A stretch of DNA of 26,420 nucleotides from the NCBI GenBank assembly GCA_019058015.1, contig JAHLWH010000197.1, positions 1 to 26,420 of the forward strand, written 5' to 3'. The translations under genes and the position numbers were made by a program. Under the pieces are notes generated by a model. It saw only the letters and a list, made by a program, of their open reading frames with translations, searched no databases and had not been told where the DNA came from. This stretch comes from Promethearchaeota archaeon (GTDB taxonomy: Archaea; Asgardarchaeota; Lokiarchaeia; Sigyniarchaeales; SOKP01). Position 1 is the stretch's first letter. Every line of letters begins with the position of its first letter. Shown piece after piece: positions 24,826 to 26,420 of this stretch.

Positions 24826-25698
24826 TTAAACGATAACGTAAGAAAGTTTAAATCCCTCATCTTCCTTAAGATTTAATACTCTTCTAACGGCATTTCTAAC
24901 TAATATACCGCCTATATGAAGGATTGTATCCTTTAATATATTATCTTGATCCATAGAGGCATTACAAGGATATGAGTGATGGGCTTTACTAATACGTTCA
25001 TTTAGGGAAAGCTCTTTATCATTGATTTCTTTTGATTTTAATTGTTGGTCAATATAATAAGTAGAACCGCATGGAGCGGATTGTATTACGCATGCATCTT
25101 CAATTGTTTTTCCATCTTTACTTATTAAAAAAGATACAATCGGCTCTCCAATCTTAAAATAATCAATAAATTCATCAATATTAGAACCTTCTTGGGTTAC
25201 ATTAAAACCGGGTCTATTTATTTCATTTACTTCTTTACTCAAGGAACAGAATGGTTTTGGAAATGCTGCTTGAATTCCGAATTTTTCAAATTCTTCTAAT
25301 ACTTGTTTTTGAAGTCCTGGAGACACCCATTTTGGATCTTCGATTGGAATAATAACTGCCTTTATATTTTGATCTTTTAAATATTCCGGAAGTCCAGTTA
25401 ATAGGTCTGGATGAATTCCAACTACTAAAAGGAAATCCACTTCAGGAAGATTTTTAGGAAAAAATTCCAGTGGTTCTTCAACAAATTCAGGAAGATTTTC
25501 GCCGATTTGTTCATAAAAGTAAATTGAATCTGCGTAACTTTTTAAGTGTTCTCGACAATGATCACATTTTATTTTTACTTCCATTTCCTCGCAAGCTTCA
25601 CAAAATTTGTCATCATTAATCAAATTACCTACAAATTTTTGAGTTAACATCTCTGTGTCTGAATCGGTTCCATAGAAAATTCCCAGTTTATATACCAA
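24826..25698 (-). CDS. DUF166 family Cys/His-rich protein
   Basis: FVGNL, CEAC...CDHCR, IHPDL, PKPFCSL, QSAPCGSTYY, HHSYPCNASM, ILH. Confidence 0.78.
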   Translation of the reverse strand: MVYKLGIFYGTDSDTEMLTQKFVGNLINDDKFCEACEEMEVKIKCDHCREHLKSYADSIYFYEQIGENLPEFVEEPLEFFPKNLPEVDFLLVVGIHPDLLTGLPEYLKDQNIKAVIIPIEDPKWVSPGLQKQVLEEFEKFGIQAAFPKPFCSLSKEVNEINRPGFNVTQEGSNIDEFIDYFKIGEPIVSFLISKDGKTIEDACVIQSAPCGSTYYIDQQLKSKEINDKELSLNERISKAHHSYPCNASMDQDNILKDTILHIGGILVRNAVRRVLNLKEDEGFKLSYVIV

Positions 25699-25835
25699 AG
25701 ATTATCCCTAGCAATTATTTATTTAATTCTTAAAATAAATCTATATTGTTCATAATATTAAGATAAAATCGTAAATTTCAAAATTTTGATTATTTTTTAT
25801 AAGAAAATACAATTTAAAACGATTAACGAACATGT

Positions 25836-26420
25836 TCAATTAGATTTTTCTAAATAATTTAATATTTTTTCAATTTTCATAATCATTTCATCTGGGTTTT
25901 TTGCAAAAATTCTCATGATTGGCTCTTTCCCAGTTGCACCTTTATCCCATATAATATCTGGAATTGTTCCATGTTGTTCAAAAACTTTTTTTATTATCCA
26001 CTGCATTGTTGATTCCTCTTTTAAACTATTATTTTCAGGTTGTTTACTTCTATCTATTTCCGCAATCTTAAAAAATGAGTCGTTTTCTAATTTTTGTATT
26101 AAATCTGGAACATATTTCATATTAATTACAATGTTTAGTGAATTGTCAAATTTTTTAGTGGTTAATATCAATCTTGCAGTATGATCAGATACACCAAATT
26201 TTATTTTTCCTATGGCTTTAGGATACCCCTTAATGATACTAATTCGCCCTTCAATCGCAGCAACGTCAATTTTCGATTGTGCATTAGGTAAAGATACAGA
26301 GATATTTGTTCTAACTTCTGGAATTAATCTTGAGAATTTTTTTGAACTTGAAATAAAATTATAAATTTCTTTTACTTGATTTAAAACTGCTTTTTTTTCT
26401 GGTGAATAATCCAATGTAAG
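25836..26420 (-). CDS. thiN: Thiamine-phosphate synthase ThiN domain, partial (probably the C-terminal half of a ThiDN fusion or a ThiR)
   Basis: LIPEVRTNI, VAAIEGRI, FGVSDHTAR, INMKY, STMQW, PDIIWDKGATGKEPIMRIF. The frame stays open to the window edge (CTT ACA TTG GAT). Confidence 0.87.
   Translation of the reverse strand, partial: LTLDYSPEKKAVLNQVKEIYNFISSSKKFSRLIPEVRTNISVSLPNAQSKIDVAAIEGRISIIKGYPKAIGKIKFGVSDHTARLILTTKKFDNSLNIVINMKYVPDLIQKLENDSFFKIAEIDRSKQPENNSLKEESTMQWIIKKVFEQHGTIPDIIWDKGATGKEPIMRIFAKNPDEMIMKIEKILNYLEKSN

Noticed and set aside
19554-26184. ORFs 19554-19799, 19664-20179, 22244-22507, 24288-24491, 24439-24654 and 25915-26184
   Set aside because: Shadow ORFs of thiC, the CruF-like gene, the phosphodiesterase and thiN.
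1-26420. CRISPR array, tRNA, rRNA, transposase or integrase
   Set aside because: By eye there are no regularly spaced 25-40 bp repeats, no GC-rich structured RNA islands and no recombinase motifs.

Overview
AT-rich, gene-dense archaeal window. It is most likely from an Asgard archaeon (Lokiarchaeia-like), inferred from the 'EFWGHCSNLQAW..N.YD.RLLH..AFPLLKKL' domain at the left edge, the ThiN and DUF166 genes, GGTGA/GAGGT Shine-Dalgarno sites and T-tract terminators. The main feature is a co-oriented 7-gene cluster at 891-8039. It encodes a HAD phosphatase, a tandem two-domain PlsC-type acyltransferase, two 2-hydroxyacyl-CoA dehydratase-like Fe-S subunits (DUF2229/COG3580- and COG3581-like), an ATP-dependent [4Fe-4S] activase, a 64-aa small protein and a degenerate PlsC-like protein. 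Together these resemble a split version of the bacterial anaerobic PlsA/PlsR (plasmalogen) or Ger (alkyl ether) machinery coupled to acyltransferases, which would be a candidate bacterial-type ester-to-ether lipid pathway in an archaeon. The rest is mixed housekeeping and accessory content: FAH hydrolase, a frameshifted LITAF-like zinc-ribbon protein, a membrane protein, anSME-type radical SAM, Sir2, a frameshifted divergent GH38-like protein, thioredoxin, GYD protein, ZupT, DEAD-box helicase, a hypothetical protein with a UBA-like motif, Nudix, ThiC, cupin, a CruF-like protein, PAS, an NPP-type phosphodiesterase, DUF166 and a partial ThiN. I recognised no rRNA, tRNA, CRISPR array or mobile element. 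All family calls come from motif recognition by eye, not from database searches.
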